Shown piece after piece: positions 14,201 through 29,200 of a DNA stretch of 64,000 bases. The stretch is from Paragordius varius (lineage: Eukaryota; Animalia; Nematomorpha), in the NCBI GenBank assembly GCA_964247055.1, contig OZ176060.1, forward strand, positions 1,426,001 to 1,490,000, read 5' to 3'. Below the pieces are notes generated by a model. The model saw only the letters and a program-made list of their open reading frames with translations. It searched no databases and was not told the origin of the DNA. The position numbers were made by a program, and so were the translations under genes. Position 1 is the stretch's first letter, and the number at the start of each line of letters is the position of its first letter.

Positions 14201-17200
14201 TCAGAAATTTGATTCATTTATTCATCTTCAAAATTATGTCAAACAAAGCTCTAAATTAAAATATGAGGTGATAGGAAACTTCAGCATTATCTAATTATAT
14301 AGAATAATTACAGTAAAAAGTGTTTTTAACCATTTCCATCATTCATAAAAATAGTAGGTGCTTTAAAATTTTGCTAAAAAATACATTTTTTAATAATATG
14401 CTATTTTTTTTATAAAATTTTGAGTTGGTATTCAAATTTAGCATATATTTAAAATTTTTATTGCGTAAGCTTTGCATTTTTTTTATTTAAGAAAATACAA
14501 GTTAAAAATGCGAAAAAAATTGGGACTTTCCGGGACATCAGAAAATTTATTTTTTTAAAAAAATATTGTTTTGCTTTTTATAGGTAGTTTATGAAAGATT
14601 TTTCTGATATGAAATGAACCATTAAGTTGTCGCCATAAAAAAATTATTTCAACAAATGTGCTTAAAGTTTTCCATTTTCTGATATGGAGCAATTATCAAA
14701 AAAGTGTCAATAACTTTCCTTGTAAGCCCTAAAACCAAACGCACCATGAGATTCCTGATACATTTTATCAGAAGATATCTATTTCATCATGATATTTTTT
14801 GCGTACACTGTGGAATGTAAAACACTTAAAATAAATATGATCATTCTCTGATATTTGTCGCCAAGGCGGGATCATAAAAGCTTTTCTTTTCATTTTTACG
14901 GTCACCGTTGTATTTTAACGAGTTATGGCCAGAGAAAATTATATGATTATCAAGTTTTAGAATTCCGGGTGAATGTATTATTAAGAAATTCCGAGAATGC
15001 CAATTTTATGTATGGTCATTTAGTTTATACTAATACTAATTTAATGTTATAAGCACCCAGTTTCCACGTACCTATGTGGGGGCAGAGAATGCTCAATTTT
15101 AATATTTCAAACGTTATTAGAGTATGAGGTGGGAAGGAAAATATGTTAAGGATGTGTAAGGATGGTTGATTAATTTCGACAAGAGTTATTATAGATGCGA
15201 AAAATATCTAGAAAATATGTAGGTCTATAATGTTTGGTAAAAAAATAGATAAAAGGGCGGTATACCGTACCTATCCATCTCGATTAAAACCATGTATTTA
15301 CAATAATGAAAGAGTATATGATAAATAAAATTTATCATCGGGGCTAACTCGGAACAAGTACAGGGAACCGCAATACAATTTCACAAAAAATGTTTTTCAA
15401 CTTGTAAAATTATTGTTATAAAAAAATAACAATCATCGTAGATAAATATATCATAAAATCTTCTGCGAAAAGACTGTTTATGCCAGCATTTTTATCCCGA
15501 TCATTATAATTTATATATTTAAAATGGAAAATGCTGGATTTGTGAGTTTCCAAAAAACCGGTAGATTCATTCAAATCCAAAAGTCAAAGAAATATAATCA
15601 TAAATGAATGCCCCGACAATTGCTTCGCCCTTTTTTTGATTAAGCTCCCAGTTCGGACCCACCCCGTGTAAATAACGGGTTTTTTTGAAAACAGATGTCC
15701 CGAAAAATCTTGTCTTTGATACAATTTTCCTGAAAACGTGTTGGACCAGATTTCTAATATGATTATTTTTACTTTTTTTTGATTGCGCCGAACATAGTCG
15801 GCTTACATTTTTATAGACTCTTTTTTTCCCGTTCCCCCCGTAAAATGCCATTTTTTCAAAAAAACTAAATAATTTTTTGCCCAGGGTATGAAACCGTTAA
15901 AATTCACTGAGGATTTGAATTATTCTCTGTTAAAAGGCAAAAATTTTAGTCTTGCGTTTTTTTAATATTGGCTGCTGGGTAAACAGATAGCCGTTAAAAC
16001 TGCGCCACTATTTAGAAATTGCGTTGTTTTGGAGCTAATTTACAGAAAATTTATGAAGCCATATGAGTTCATCAAAAGCTTAAAATATTACCCGTAATTA
16101 GGTAAAAATTAAGGTAGGGTTTTTTTAGCCGTTAATTTGAAACCTTTATGCCCTAAAACGCCATCATATAACGATTATTTAGTGTTGAAGTATTTTTTCA
16201 ATTTACTCATGAGACGATGGTATCAAAGATGATTCCAAAAGAATTTAACTGAACTCTTTTCCATATAAGTTTAGGGGTAAGGGGTTTACCTGTTTAAAAC
16301 CAAGACGCCACACAAAATAAGCGTTTTTGAGCTAATTTTTAAAAAAGTTAAGAGTCCATACGAGTTCAGTTAACATTTCTGGGGAATTTATATAATATTT
16401 TTTCCTTTAAAAAGAGACCACAAATGATTTACTTTTTATATCCCTTGATCCCAGCTATGTGAACACATTATCAAAATAAAACTTTAAACATAATTTCGTA
16501 AAACCAAAATCTCAAAATAAATCCAATGATAGTTGAATATTAACATTAATAAGGGACAGATTAAATATGGTCAATTTCGGTCAATATTTCAGCCTCTGCG
16601 AAAACCAGTAAAAAAGGCATTCTTTTTATTAAATATGTTGATTATTAATTTTTTATCTCCATTAACTCTATTTATTGTACATTATTAAGAATAATTATCG
16701 GTGAGACTACACCACACCTAAGCGTGACAGGGCCAGCTAGTATCCTGTAAAAATTTACTATAATGTTATAAAAGTTTATAAAAATGTAGATTTATTTTGT
16801 CAATCTCTTAAAACCGAAATAATCCTGATAAATATTATCATCTAAGTTTAATTTTGAAGAAACTATTATTTTACTTTTATATTTGTGGGGGTCGTTAAGA
16901 AATTTGCAATCTTAAATGGGGTCGGGAACTACAAAAGTTCAAGAAGCCCTGCTCTCCCATTTTATAATTTTCTGGAACTAGCTCGTTCGCGGTTTCACCG
17001 TTAATAAGTGGTCCCCAATGTTTTATTTTTTAAAAATAAAATTATTGATTAATAAAGGTATAATTTTTTTCTAATTTCCCATCAAAATGGATTGATCATA
17101 TTAATTTTATTTTTGACAAAATTGATGATTTTTTCATAATCATCATCAGTATATAATTTATATTTAAAAGTTCCAATACATTTTGCTATTTAATTTATAT

Positions 17201-17235
17201 TTGAATTGAACTGAAAATTAATTTCTGTCTATTAA

Positions 17236-17289
<54 letters not shown>

Positions 17290-20200
17290 CATAATTTTGT
17301 AAAAAAATTGGAAATATTTTTTTGTTAATATTTTCATAAAATCCGTTTTTGTTTTATCCCGAATGATATATGAACTTTATACTTTTAATGAACAGATATA
17401 AACTATTCATTAAACATGTAAGAAAATTATATTCGTATTTAATTTTAAAGGGTAATGATATTCTTTTTAAAATATATTTAGGTGCTATTGCCCGTTTAAA
17501 GGATTTCGTTTGATTGGAAACGGTAAAATTTGCTGTAGCGACACTGCTTTGGAAACATATTATTGTTTGTTACCAAATAATTTTGACATAATGCTCAAAT
17601 ATAAGAAATACGATAATCAAAGTTGTAATATACTCCCATGCAGTTCGCAAAATGAATTGGCTCTAGGCCCCTACAATAAATCTTGCAAAAGAGAGGATAG
17701 ATGTTTATGTAGTGGTGCATATATTAAATTAAACAATGGATCCTGTATTTTAGACATATGCTTCATAAATAATGGTAAATGCAGTCATATTTGTGTCTTT
17801 TCTCCTGAAAAAAATGTTGGAGTTATATGCCTTTGCCCGCTGGGAATGCAATTGTCTAACGATTTCATAACTTGTGTATGGAAACGAAATTGCCAAAACT
17901 CTGCGAAAGCCTTGTTGGACACAAGTCTTTATGATCCTTGCGATTTGAATTGCTTATCTGGTATCATTATAAATTACGTTATTTTAAGGTGCCGAGTTAA
18001 ATTGCAATAATTGCACATCAGGAAATGTATCATTCGTTTTTCAGCATATTTTTTTCCAAAATTTCTTTATTCCAATATGCTGCAGGATTGAAAACATAGG
18101 AGAATGGCTAAACACTGAAGTTATAACATGCAATTGTTCACCTGGTAAAATATGTTCCCCTTAAAATAGGCTATCTGAAAATATATTACACTACACTTAA
18201 AGCTTACGTTTGCGTTCCCGATTTATGCAATTATCCACAAAGGCATATATGTGAACACAAATGTAACATTAAACTTGTAGAAGGACTTTTGGAGAAAAGG
18301 TGCTCATGTGACACAGGTATAATACTTATAAATGCGTAAAAACCCTTAGGCAAGTGTGTCGTTATTTAAAATATTTATTAAACAAATAATGATTGAAAAT
18401 CATAATAAGGTATGTTAATTTGAATCAAAAGAATCTAGATTATTATAAAATAAATACATCTTTTTGCCATAATATATATAAAATTCTATCACCGATAAGT
18501 CACGACATTTTACATACCATTTGAACTGATGTTGGTAATTACATTATAAAAAGAAACAATAGCTTTCTACTCTCATTGTGGTTAGGGTTCGATTCCATAA
18601 TCATGTTTTGTCCATATACATATATGAATAATGGTTGAAAAAGTATTTCTGAGCCTTGTGCACTTTCATATCAATTATGTATACCGTGGAATCGTAATCT
18701 TGCTTCGCATTGCCATAAAATTATTTCGCCGAATGCTATTGTATTCTTGCATTAGTTTCTTTATTCTTAATGTAAATTTTGTGAGCAAAACATTGATGAT
18801 ATCGTTTTATCAATGTTACTCACCAAAAAGATTTGACGGGCCAAATAAAATATATTTTTTTTTGAGGGCATGAGCCTTATAATGGCAAATTATGCACATT
18901 TTTATACTCTAAATCAGCACTATGAATTTTTTGGGGATTGCATCTAAATCCAACTAAAAGCTCGTTTTGCACCATTTAGTTTAAAAAATTAAAATATTTT
19001 GATAACAACATTTATTTTAATATTAACCAATAATTTTTAACGAATTTGATTTCGCCTCATGACAGGCCAATCTTAATACGTCGTCTATATGATCATCGGT
19101 TAAGCATTTCTGTATGTATACTTGACATACTTCATTTTTGAATATGCCGTCTCACACGTCTAAGTTGAGAGAAAACAGTTATAACTTGAACACATTTTTT
19201 TATATTTTCATATTTATTTGGCACGCCTTGCCAAAACTCTACATATCTTTCTCCTCTGCTCCTTGTATAGCCTCCAAACTTAAATCATTTTTTAAATCTA
19301 TGAATTCTTCAATATGCGTCTGATTAAAACCGAAATGCTCAAGTTGCTTAATATTGAATATATCCATATTTCATAGATTTCCAACGAGTTTTAAGCAATT
19401 TTTAAATTTCATAATTCTTGAAATCAATTTCATCTCATTAGATAAAAATGTTAAATTAATGTCCATTATTAAATTAATCTCTGCGGTAAATCACATATCC
19501 ATGTATCGTTTTAATTGTTGGAAAATATAGGGTGTTTTATTTATAAAATCCTGTTTATATATTAATTTTTCTTCAAAAGCAAATATTTGATTAGCATGGA
19601 TTATTATTTTGCTTCCTACTTGTATTAAAATTACTAAGTTTATATGTAATATTGCAAAGGTAGGCTAATAATATTCACCGTTTGTCACTATTAATTTCCT
19701 CGTCAAACTTAGTTAACTTTTATAAATAATAGAATTTCATGTCTTAAAAATCTATTAAAACTTTGTTATGGCTTAGCCATCTCATAGAGGTGTATCAAAC
19801 AATATCATCGAATTAACTGCGAATATCTTTCAGAAGATTTTTGAATCTACGGCATTACGGATCCACAACCGTTTTAATAACTTAATTGAGTTATTTACAA
19901 GCGAAACTAAGTTTTGCTGATATAAAGCAGTGAAAGGATATAATATTTTGCAAATTATATTTGTTTTTCAAAAAAGGAATATAACCTTTGTTTATTCCAA
20001 TTATAGAGGGGTAGCCATCTGTGCAGTTCAAAACCAATTTTTTTCATATTTATACCTTTATTATCGAAAAAAAGAAAATCACTTCCTTTGGTATTATTCA
20101 TTGATAAAAATTTAAAATATTCCTCGTTGATTATGTTGTCTTTGCGAAATCTCACGAAGAGCGCACATTGAGGTGTTGAACTAATATCAGTGTTAGAATC

Positions 20201-23200
20201 AATAGCATACTAAAGTTGCAGTTTTTCAGAGCCAATAATGTATTGTTAAAAATATATTTAGACATATCTTCAATGCGTCGAGCACATGTTGAATCAGAAA
20301 GTTGAAATTTTTTAATTTGCCTCATGATTTGATCTTTATTATGGAATTTATCAAATAAAAATGTGCAACCATTTATGACATTTTATTAGTTAAGAATCAG
20401 TAAACTGTATATTTTTTCTAAAATATAGCAAAAACATACAAAGTTAGTGTTACAGCTTTTTCCTGGGAAAAAGCTATGGACATAATTGATTTTAATTTCT
20501 GTATAATTCCTAAATCATTTAATATTTTTCGTTCCTCATGATTTTCTGTCATTTATGAGAAACTTTCAATATTGTATTTTTTATATTTATGTTGTCCCTA
20601 CATATGCAGGTAACAGCATTTTTATTTGAAAAGAAAAAGAATTTTTTTTTAAAAAGGAGCGATTTTATCGGATAATTTACGCTTTTTAGCATTAGATGTC
20701 ATCATTTGGATTTATGTGAAAATATTATGTAAATTTTTTCAAAAAAATAGGAATATAATTATCAAATTTTAACTTTTTTTAACTGCCATTCTTGTAAATT
20801 TAAAATTTATTTCATTAAAGTACATAATTAGTGAATCTAAAAAGAAAATTAATCTAGCATGCAAGAATTTTTTTAATTAGTTTATCGATAATTTTTGGCC
20901 CCGATTTAACATAAAACTCGAAATTTCGAAAATTAAAAGTTTTAGATATGAAGCCATGTATTTTATATCATTCGAAAGAGCGCAAAATACTGCATCTTTT
21001 AAATGGCAGTAAGTCATTTAAATCAATCGGATGTAAAAATTATTTGGATTTAAATGGTCGAAATTTTCAATCCTTAAATAAGTCAAGAATTTTCACAGAC
21101 AAACCAATTTGAAAATCATATAAATTATTTTGATATAATTATTAGGGTTATATTAGTATTTAATTTAAAAAAATGTTTGAAAAAGCTTTTGGTTTGCTTT
21201 TTTAATAAAAATTATTATTATCATAAATATTTTACCTAGTGGATACTAAAATGCATAGTTATAACTGTAAATTTATTACATAATGGCTATAAAGGATCAA
21301 AAATACCTTTAACTTTGTTTTTATCCTTAAAATTTCGAAATTCAGCCTCATAAAGAAAATTAATTAATATTGATGAGATGGTAATTTTTAAAAAACAAAA
21401 AACTTAAAAATGGCTGTTTTGAGTAACATAAAAGCAATAAAAAAATGTTTTAATCAAAAAAAACTTTCTTGTGTTATCTTTTTTGGACATTCATCACCAT
21501 CTAAACAAAGTTTGAGCTATTTTCATCCATTAGTTTTAAAAATATAATAAAAAAATGCTCTCGCTTCGCGCGTTTGTCGCTCTTTGTATCCAATATTAAC
21601 TGTCGATGTAATACATATTAGTATGCAATTTATAGAGTTTTTATTACTCTTTCAAATGATATATTTCAAATGGGCATCACTTGTATATTTTCAAAGGAAA
21701 ACATTTTTGAGTACAATTTTGATAAAGAGGGCGCATAATCAAAATATTATACAAAATTCTTCCTCGAGTTATAATTTTTATTTCAGATTTACTGTTAAAA
21801 TGACACTAAATATCAGAAAATGCAAAAAAACCGAGTGGCAGAAAAATTTGTTGTCCAGTGTTATGCAATAAAAAAACAGGTGGAAATTTAATGATGTTGA
21901 TTTGAAAAATATAGTATGGGAATGAGTTATAAGAAATGATGCAGGATAGCAATGAAAAGAATACGTATATGCAAGTTTGAGTGAGAGGCTTGCTTAAATA
22001 CAAAAAACGAATGCAATAAAAAATTTAAAATAGAAAAGAAAATAGAATACATAAACAGAGACAACGTGTGCCAAAATTTTGTAATCATTTTAATGTAGGG
22101 AATTTTTTCATTTCAAATTGGTTAAAAATAAAAATCCAAAATTAAATCTAAAGAAAATAAATTAATATTAAAATAAGAGAAAATTTGTTTACGTGTATTT
22201 TAATATTCATCAATAAAAAAATAATTTAATTATCAATATGGTTATAGGGCAATTTCAAAGCACTTTTAGTGCGCATGCGGCCCAAGGGCCGCGGCGTGGG
22301 AACCACTAATTTAATAATATTACTAAATTTTTCGGGCTGTGTGATTTTATGGGTAAAATTTTGTCACAGCAATTATGAAACAATCTTTTATTCAGGACAC
22401 AGCATCGGTGAGTGAAATGCACCTCGCCAACCATTTATTAAATCGGATTATCTGTATGCTATTTATTTTAAATATTTGATTAGTATCATTCCTGGAAAAT
22501 TTGAATACTAGTCGTTTGCCACATTTTGATTAACATTTTTTGGTCTAGCTACAATATTCTTATTTTTTAAATAATATTTTTATCCGTCTTGAATTGGTTT
22601 TAAATCATATGGAAAAATTATTTTTATGATATCACATAAGAATGCCAATTTTCAGAATTATGTTTGTGTATTAGCCAACTTTCTCCCTGAAATTTCTAAT
22701 TGATTGTAACATAAAGAAGTTATTTTACACCAAAGCTCCCAAGATATACTATGAATTTGGGATGATTAAACTTTGCCTGGGCATAGTCTTAAAATTAACC
22801 TTACTTGGTAAATGTTGAAAATGATTAAAATTTTTTATGCCATGTCAAAGCCATGTATTTTTATATGAAGCGCAGCCTAGGGGATAATAAAAGCGCTAAA
22901 AAGATTTGTCTTTATGTATAATAAATAATCCATTTGGTCTCATTATGTTTTTAAAAATGAAAGCTGGGTTGCTATTATATGTAACACAGTTTACAGAAGT
23001 GAAGCCTTATTTATCGGCTAATTTAAAAAAGGGTTGGACAAAATTTTCGCTTTTTACCGAAAATAGCTAGAACCATTTATTATTGTATTAAAATAGACAA
23101 ATAACTTCAGCCAAAATTTTAAAAATGTAATTATTTATACATGGTGGCTTAGTCAGCAGTTAGTTTAGGAGGGCTCGGCTAAAATTCATTCCTTCATTCA

Positions 23201-26200
23201 TTTGTATGGGGATTCGCCATTAAATGACGGTACACCCGTTTTTTCCACTCTTCTCTTGATTTGGCTAATTCTAGATTTAAATTGAGCGATTCGAGGTCTT
23301 TAGTTATTGTGTTGAGACATGTGGTATGGGGTCGGCCGGATTTTGCTGGTAGTTCAACCGAGTAATTTTTCATAGTTTCAAGAATGTGAGTATCTTGCGT
23401 CTCTCAACATGTCCAGCCCATTGTAACCGGAGATTTCTGATGACGTTGTTGACGGGGTTGAAGTATATGGTACGGGTTTATGGATTCGGTATAATTAAAT
23501 TTAGAAGGATTGTGTGCGAATAATATTGTTTTCAAAATTTGGATTCAGCGTTTATGAGTTTGGATTCATTTGTTTTTGACATCAGCCATAATTCGGATCC
23601 ATATGTGAGGACGGGACGGATGGCTGTATATAAATTTATAAGTACCGCATTATTATGTGATCTCATAGCTTGGATTCTCACAATTTAAATTTAAAGGCTT
23701 ATTTGGAAGCGATGTTAATTACGAAAAAATAAAAAAATAGAATTTAAATGTGTTTACACATTAATTTTAAGTTGTCTTTAAACTATTTTTTTTATATAAA
23801 TGGTTCCAAACATAGCTGTAATCTAATCGTGTGCTTACATGAGCCGGAATCACAAAGTACATAAATTTACAAAAAAGTTTAAAGTAGTACAACCGAAAAT
23901 CCGTACAAATCCCAGTAAAAATATTAATTTGTGTTAAAACAAACTTTTTACAGGGATTTTAGATTGTTGGTTACTACTTGCCCATTTTGCATAAATTATA
24001 TACATTATAATTCCCCATCATGTAGATTCCAAAATATAACATTTTAATTGACTCATAAACCAGATATAGTTAAGATTTTAATAGCGAAAAAACATATTTT
24101 AATAAATTTTCATAAAAAATTTTTTGTCTTTTAAGTGTTCAGAAAAAAAACGTAATTTTTTGAAAATTTTATAGAAACCCTAACTATATGGTTATAGGCT
24201 ATTTATATATTTAAAATATCTTAAAATGATTATAAACTAAAATACTTTTATAATAATTTTTTGAATTTAATTATACTTAATTTTCACTTTTTTCCCAAAT
24301 TATATTTTCTCTCAATATTTCAAAAACTAGGTCGTCAGCGAATATAATTTTTTAAGGCAAATGAATTCGCTGGTCATAAGCTATCTCATGAAAAAAATTA
24401 ACCCTCTTTTTTTGCACACAATTTGTTACTAAATCATTTTTGACTCACTTTGCTATGACATTGTGGATAGAAATTATTTTAAAATAATTTAAATTTTTGT
24501 TTGGTAAATATAAATATGGAGGTGTTACTAACCAATATTATTAATACCTTGGCTTTCAATCACAAAATTTTTGGTTTCTCTATAAACCTTATTTAAAATT
24601 GGTTTTTGGGCTTATTACACCAAATATATTACTCCATAATTAAGATATCTAAAAAATCTTATATATGTCTCTTTAGGGTACATGCTAAGTGTTGATGGCA
24701 TATCTTGCCAAAAATATTCAATTTCACCAAGCTGTCATAATTTAACGTTTTCATGCTGCCCACAAATTTGCAACAAAAATAATAAATGCACTCATATTTG
24801 TATTCCCGAAATGTCTTTGGGCATTTGTTTACCTAAATGCATTTGTCCCTCTGGTATGTTTCTGTTAACCGATAAAAAGACATGCATTAATGATCCATGT
24901 TATATAAATAATGGTGGGTGTCAACATATTTGCTTAAACATTTATAATGCTAAATCGGTTGATTTAAAATGGAACGATCCGCCTACTATACGATGCGAAT
25001 GCCATGCTGGATACAGCTTAGATATAAATGGAAAATCTTGTGTGAAGAATTACAAAGGTATTGTAGAGGATTATGAATGCGCTGGCGGCCGTAGTAAATA
25101 TATCGCAGGTCACAAACATTGTTTGTGTGACACTTTTAATATAAATGCCTACAACAAAAAAAGTTCGAAGAACCCATTATTTTTTTCGGATAAAAATGTA
25201 TGGAGAATAGCTGGCGATGGAAAATCCTGTTGTAATTACGTAGATAGTGCATGTTATTGTAATATATTATCGTTGGCATCTAACGATGGAAGAACATGTA
25301 TAGAAAATCCTTGTCTAATAGAAAACGGAGGATGCCCACAAGATTGTATATTCAATATAGAAAACCTATATCAAACCTCGCATTGCAAGTGTACAAGGCC
25401 ATATTTTGTTGCTGGGTCAAATAAAAAGTATATCTATTAGCGTTATTTCTAAACTATAAAAAGTTTTTGTAATGTTAAATAAAACAATGAAAACTTAAAT
25501 GTTTATGTAAATCGATTTTCATACTTTATATGTAAATAAGACAATCATATGACAAAAAATTAAAGTGGTTGGTAAAATCTTGTAATATAAAATTAACTCT
25601 TAAGGGCTTTTTTATTAATTGGCATTAAATGGCGTTTCCCTTTGAGAATGTTCTATCAAACAATTCGCATCTTAGTTCCGAATTAATAATTTTATGTTGA
25701 ATATATATATCTTAGATCTTTTGTTACACCAAATATTATAGGGTTTATCGGATATGACTTCCTTGTTTCATAATAGATTAAAGTATGTCTTTTTTTGTAG
25801 CCTAAATATTTTTTTTCCAATCTATACATAAATTTGCCATTTGGTTGTTTTGCCTTTGTGGCGCTTGACTAATGCATGTTAAAGCCATTTAATTAGTATG
25901 AATAAAATATTAAATAGTTATATCAAATAAGCTATATTAATGTGTATTGTTATTTTTCAAATTTTTTACGATCACCCTTTTAACTATTTGTAAACTACTA
26001 CAATTGAGTAAAAACGGGATTTTAAAGCAGTAACGATTATAGGCCATATTAAGAGGTGTTATTTGCACGTATGCCATGTATGTGACATTTTTGTTTATAT
26101 TAGTAAGATTTTTTAAAATTGCGAAAAGATACGGTTTAAAATATGTAAACTAATAAATCAAAATTCAAAAATCCCATACATGGCTATGTAAATTAAATAC

Positions 26201-29200
26201 TCTTTGAGCCATTTAAAATACAGATATGTCCCCAGCTCGTTACGGTCTGCACAGTCAAAAAATATCATGATAATATTAATTTCACTAGATAGATATATCA
26301 TGAATCTTTTGGTCTTATGCTCTACCAGTGAAATAAGAATTACACTTTGATGGTAACTACTCCACTTCAGAAAATGGCGAAATTTGCGCATATTTTGCTG
26401 TAAATAATTGTTTTTGGGATAGCTAAATCCTCCAAAAATGCCACTAAAATATATAATATCATATATAAAGAGTAATATCAGAAAATTTCAATTTTTAAAC
26501 GAGGCGGCAGAAAGTCTTATAATTTTTAGACATCTAAAATAGGCAAGTTATCTTAAACCCTAATTTGCGATAGACTAAATTTTGATAGCTGTTGAGATTT
26601 TACATGTATATAACAAAAACAAAAAGAGGTTTAATTTTTTAAATCATTTATGTAAAGCATACTTAGTTTATTTAATTTAGAATAAAAATGGGACTTTACC
26701 GAAATTTCGTTATAATTTTAATTTTTATGAAATTCCAATATTCAAAAATATTTTGTTTAATGAAAATAAAGTTCTTAAAATTATATTTAATAAAATTAAG
26801 ACAAAAATATCTTGATGAAAACATATTCTGATAGAAAAATGTGTCAGGATTATCACGGTGTTGAATTTCGCCCTTATGAGTGGTATAAGAAAGTTTTTTA
26901 TTGTGGTATGTGCTCCATATCAACATCACTAAATTTGCGCACATTTGTTTAAATAAAATTTTTTTGGTGAAAGCCAAGCGCTTCATTTCAATCACTAAAA
27001 TATATCATAAACTATATATAAAAACAATATTTACAAAAAATTTTAATTTTTAGAGGTGGGCTAAGAAAAGCCCAATTTTTTTTCGCTTCTAAAACACTAG
27101 ACAACAAATTTTAACTTTTTTTAACAGCCATTCTTGTAAATTTAAAATTTATTTCATTAAAGTACATAATTAGTATATCTGAAAAGAAAATTGGTCCTAC
27201 ATGAAAGAATTTTTTTATATTAGAGTTTATCGATAATTTTTGACCCCGATTTAACATTAAACTCGAAATTTCATAAATTTAAAGTTTTAGATATGAAGCC
27301 ATGTATTTTATATCATTCGAAAGAGCGCAAAAAACTGCATCTTTTAAATGGTAGTAAGTCAATTAAATCCACCGGATGTAAAAGTTATTTGGATTTAAAT
27401 GGTCAAAATTTTCAACCCTTAAATAAGTCAGGAATTTTCACAGACAAACTAATTTTTAAATCATTTAAATTATTTTAATATTATTATTAGGGTTATATTA
27501 GTATTTAATTTAAAAAAAATGTTTGGAAAAGCTTTTGGTTTGCTTTTTTAATAAAAATTATAATTATCATAAATATTTTACCTAGTGGATACTAAAATGC
27601 ATAGTTATAACTGTAAATTTATTACATAATGGCTATAAAAGATCAAAAATACCTTAAACTTTGTTTTTATTTTTAATTTTCGAAATTATCAGCCTTGTAT
27701 AGATAATAAATTAATATTGATGAGATGGTAATTTTTAAAAAACAAAAAACTTAAAAATGGCTGTTTTGAGTGACATAAAAGCAATAAAAAATGTTTTAAT
27801 CAAAAAAAACTTTCTTGTGTTATCTTTTTTGGACATTCATCTCCATCTAAACAAAGTTTGAGCTATTTTCATCTATTAGTTTTAAAAATATTATAATTAA
27901 AAAAAATGCTCTCGCTTCGCGCGTTTGTCGCTCTTTGTGTCCAATATTAACTGTCGATGTAATACATATTAGTATACATTTTATAGAGTTTTTATTACTC
28001 TTTCGAATGATATATTACAAATGGGCATTACTTGTATACTTTTAAAGAAAAACATTTTTTAGTAAAATTTTGATAAAGAGGGCGCATAATCTAAAAAATC
28101 AAATTATACAAAATTCTTCCAACGAGTTATAATTTTTATTTCAGATTTACTGTTAAAATGATATTAAATATCAAAAAATACAAAAAACTCGAGTGGAGAA
28201 AAAATTTGTTGTCTAGTGAAATGAGCCCCTTTTAAAATAATCGGGAAAATCCAGATATTGCTCGATGAAAACTTTAAATATGTGCTAAATTTATATATAA
28301 AGCAAAAATATTTTTTAAAAACTGCATATTCAAAAATTTAACTTTTACAAAATCTTTGTTGAAGCGTCACAATATTTTAAGTCATGATGAAAACGGATAA
28401 AAACGCTTTAAGATATTATAACACTTTTTCAATATAATTCGATTATAAATATTTCTATCGCTTAGTAATTTTTAAAGGTTCGTTTGCTTAAAAAATTTGC
28501 TGAATTTCTGTAAAAATACAATATTGATTTAATATAAATTTCATATTTATAAAATATTTATCGCGCAACAAAATTTTTGCGTTTATTTAAAGAAGGTAGA
28601 GCAACAAATAAATTTGGGACTCCCATTTAAACATTTTTTAAAATATTGTTTTGCTTTTTATAAGTAGTTTATGATTTTAGTACTATTTTTTGAAGCATTT
28701 AACTTTCATCAAAATATTTTATTGCAAAAAATGTGGTCAAATTTAGACATTTTTTGATATGGAGCACTTACCACAAAAGTGTAAATAACTTTTTTATATC
28801 ACTCATAAGCCTTAAAACCAAAACCACCATTATTCCTGATACATTTTTCTATCGAAATATATATATTCATCATAATATTTTTTGTGTACTATGTGTAAAT
28901 AAATAGTAACAATTAAGTTATGGGCAAAATCATAACACTAGTCGACAAATTTGGACATTTTTATGCACCACCAATCAAACTTTTTAAATTATGACTAATT
29001 TCAGTGTTTTAAAACCCAATTTGAAAAAAATTTTGATCCCGCCGATCAGAATTTTGAAATTTTATAGGTTTTTCAATTTTTCAAAAACAAGAGAAAATTA
29101 AATATAACTTTATAACAAAATGTTATAATATTATAAACTTAATATCATTTAATAAGCGTTTTAAACTCTATCTTTTGAATATAAATATGTCATTTAAATA

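Noticed and set aside
13651-14812. True 12/23 RSS pair or a RAG-like system
   Set aside because: Spacers are 4 and 15 nt, there is no ACAAAAACC nonamer, no TSD and no RAG/Transib coding sequence in the window; kept only as a weak finding.
16728-16951. hAT MITE bounded by CAGGGC..GCCCTG
   Set aside because: Only 6 bp match and there is no 8-bp TSD; the right end looks hAT-like but no partner end was found.
18586-18596. Perfect tRNA B-box GGTTCGATTCC
   Set aside because: No correctly spaced A-box, acceptor stem or cloverleaf; probably chance.
18560-18830. Possible MULE transposase C-terminal remnant on the minus strand (..YFFNHY..W.RTLTTMRVES)
   Set aside because: Only a loose resemblance across stops; not enough to call.
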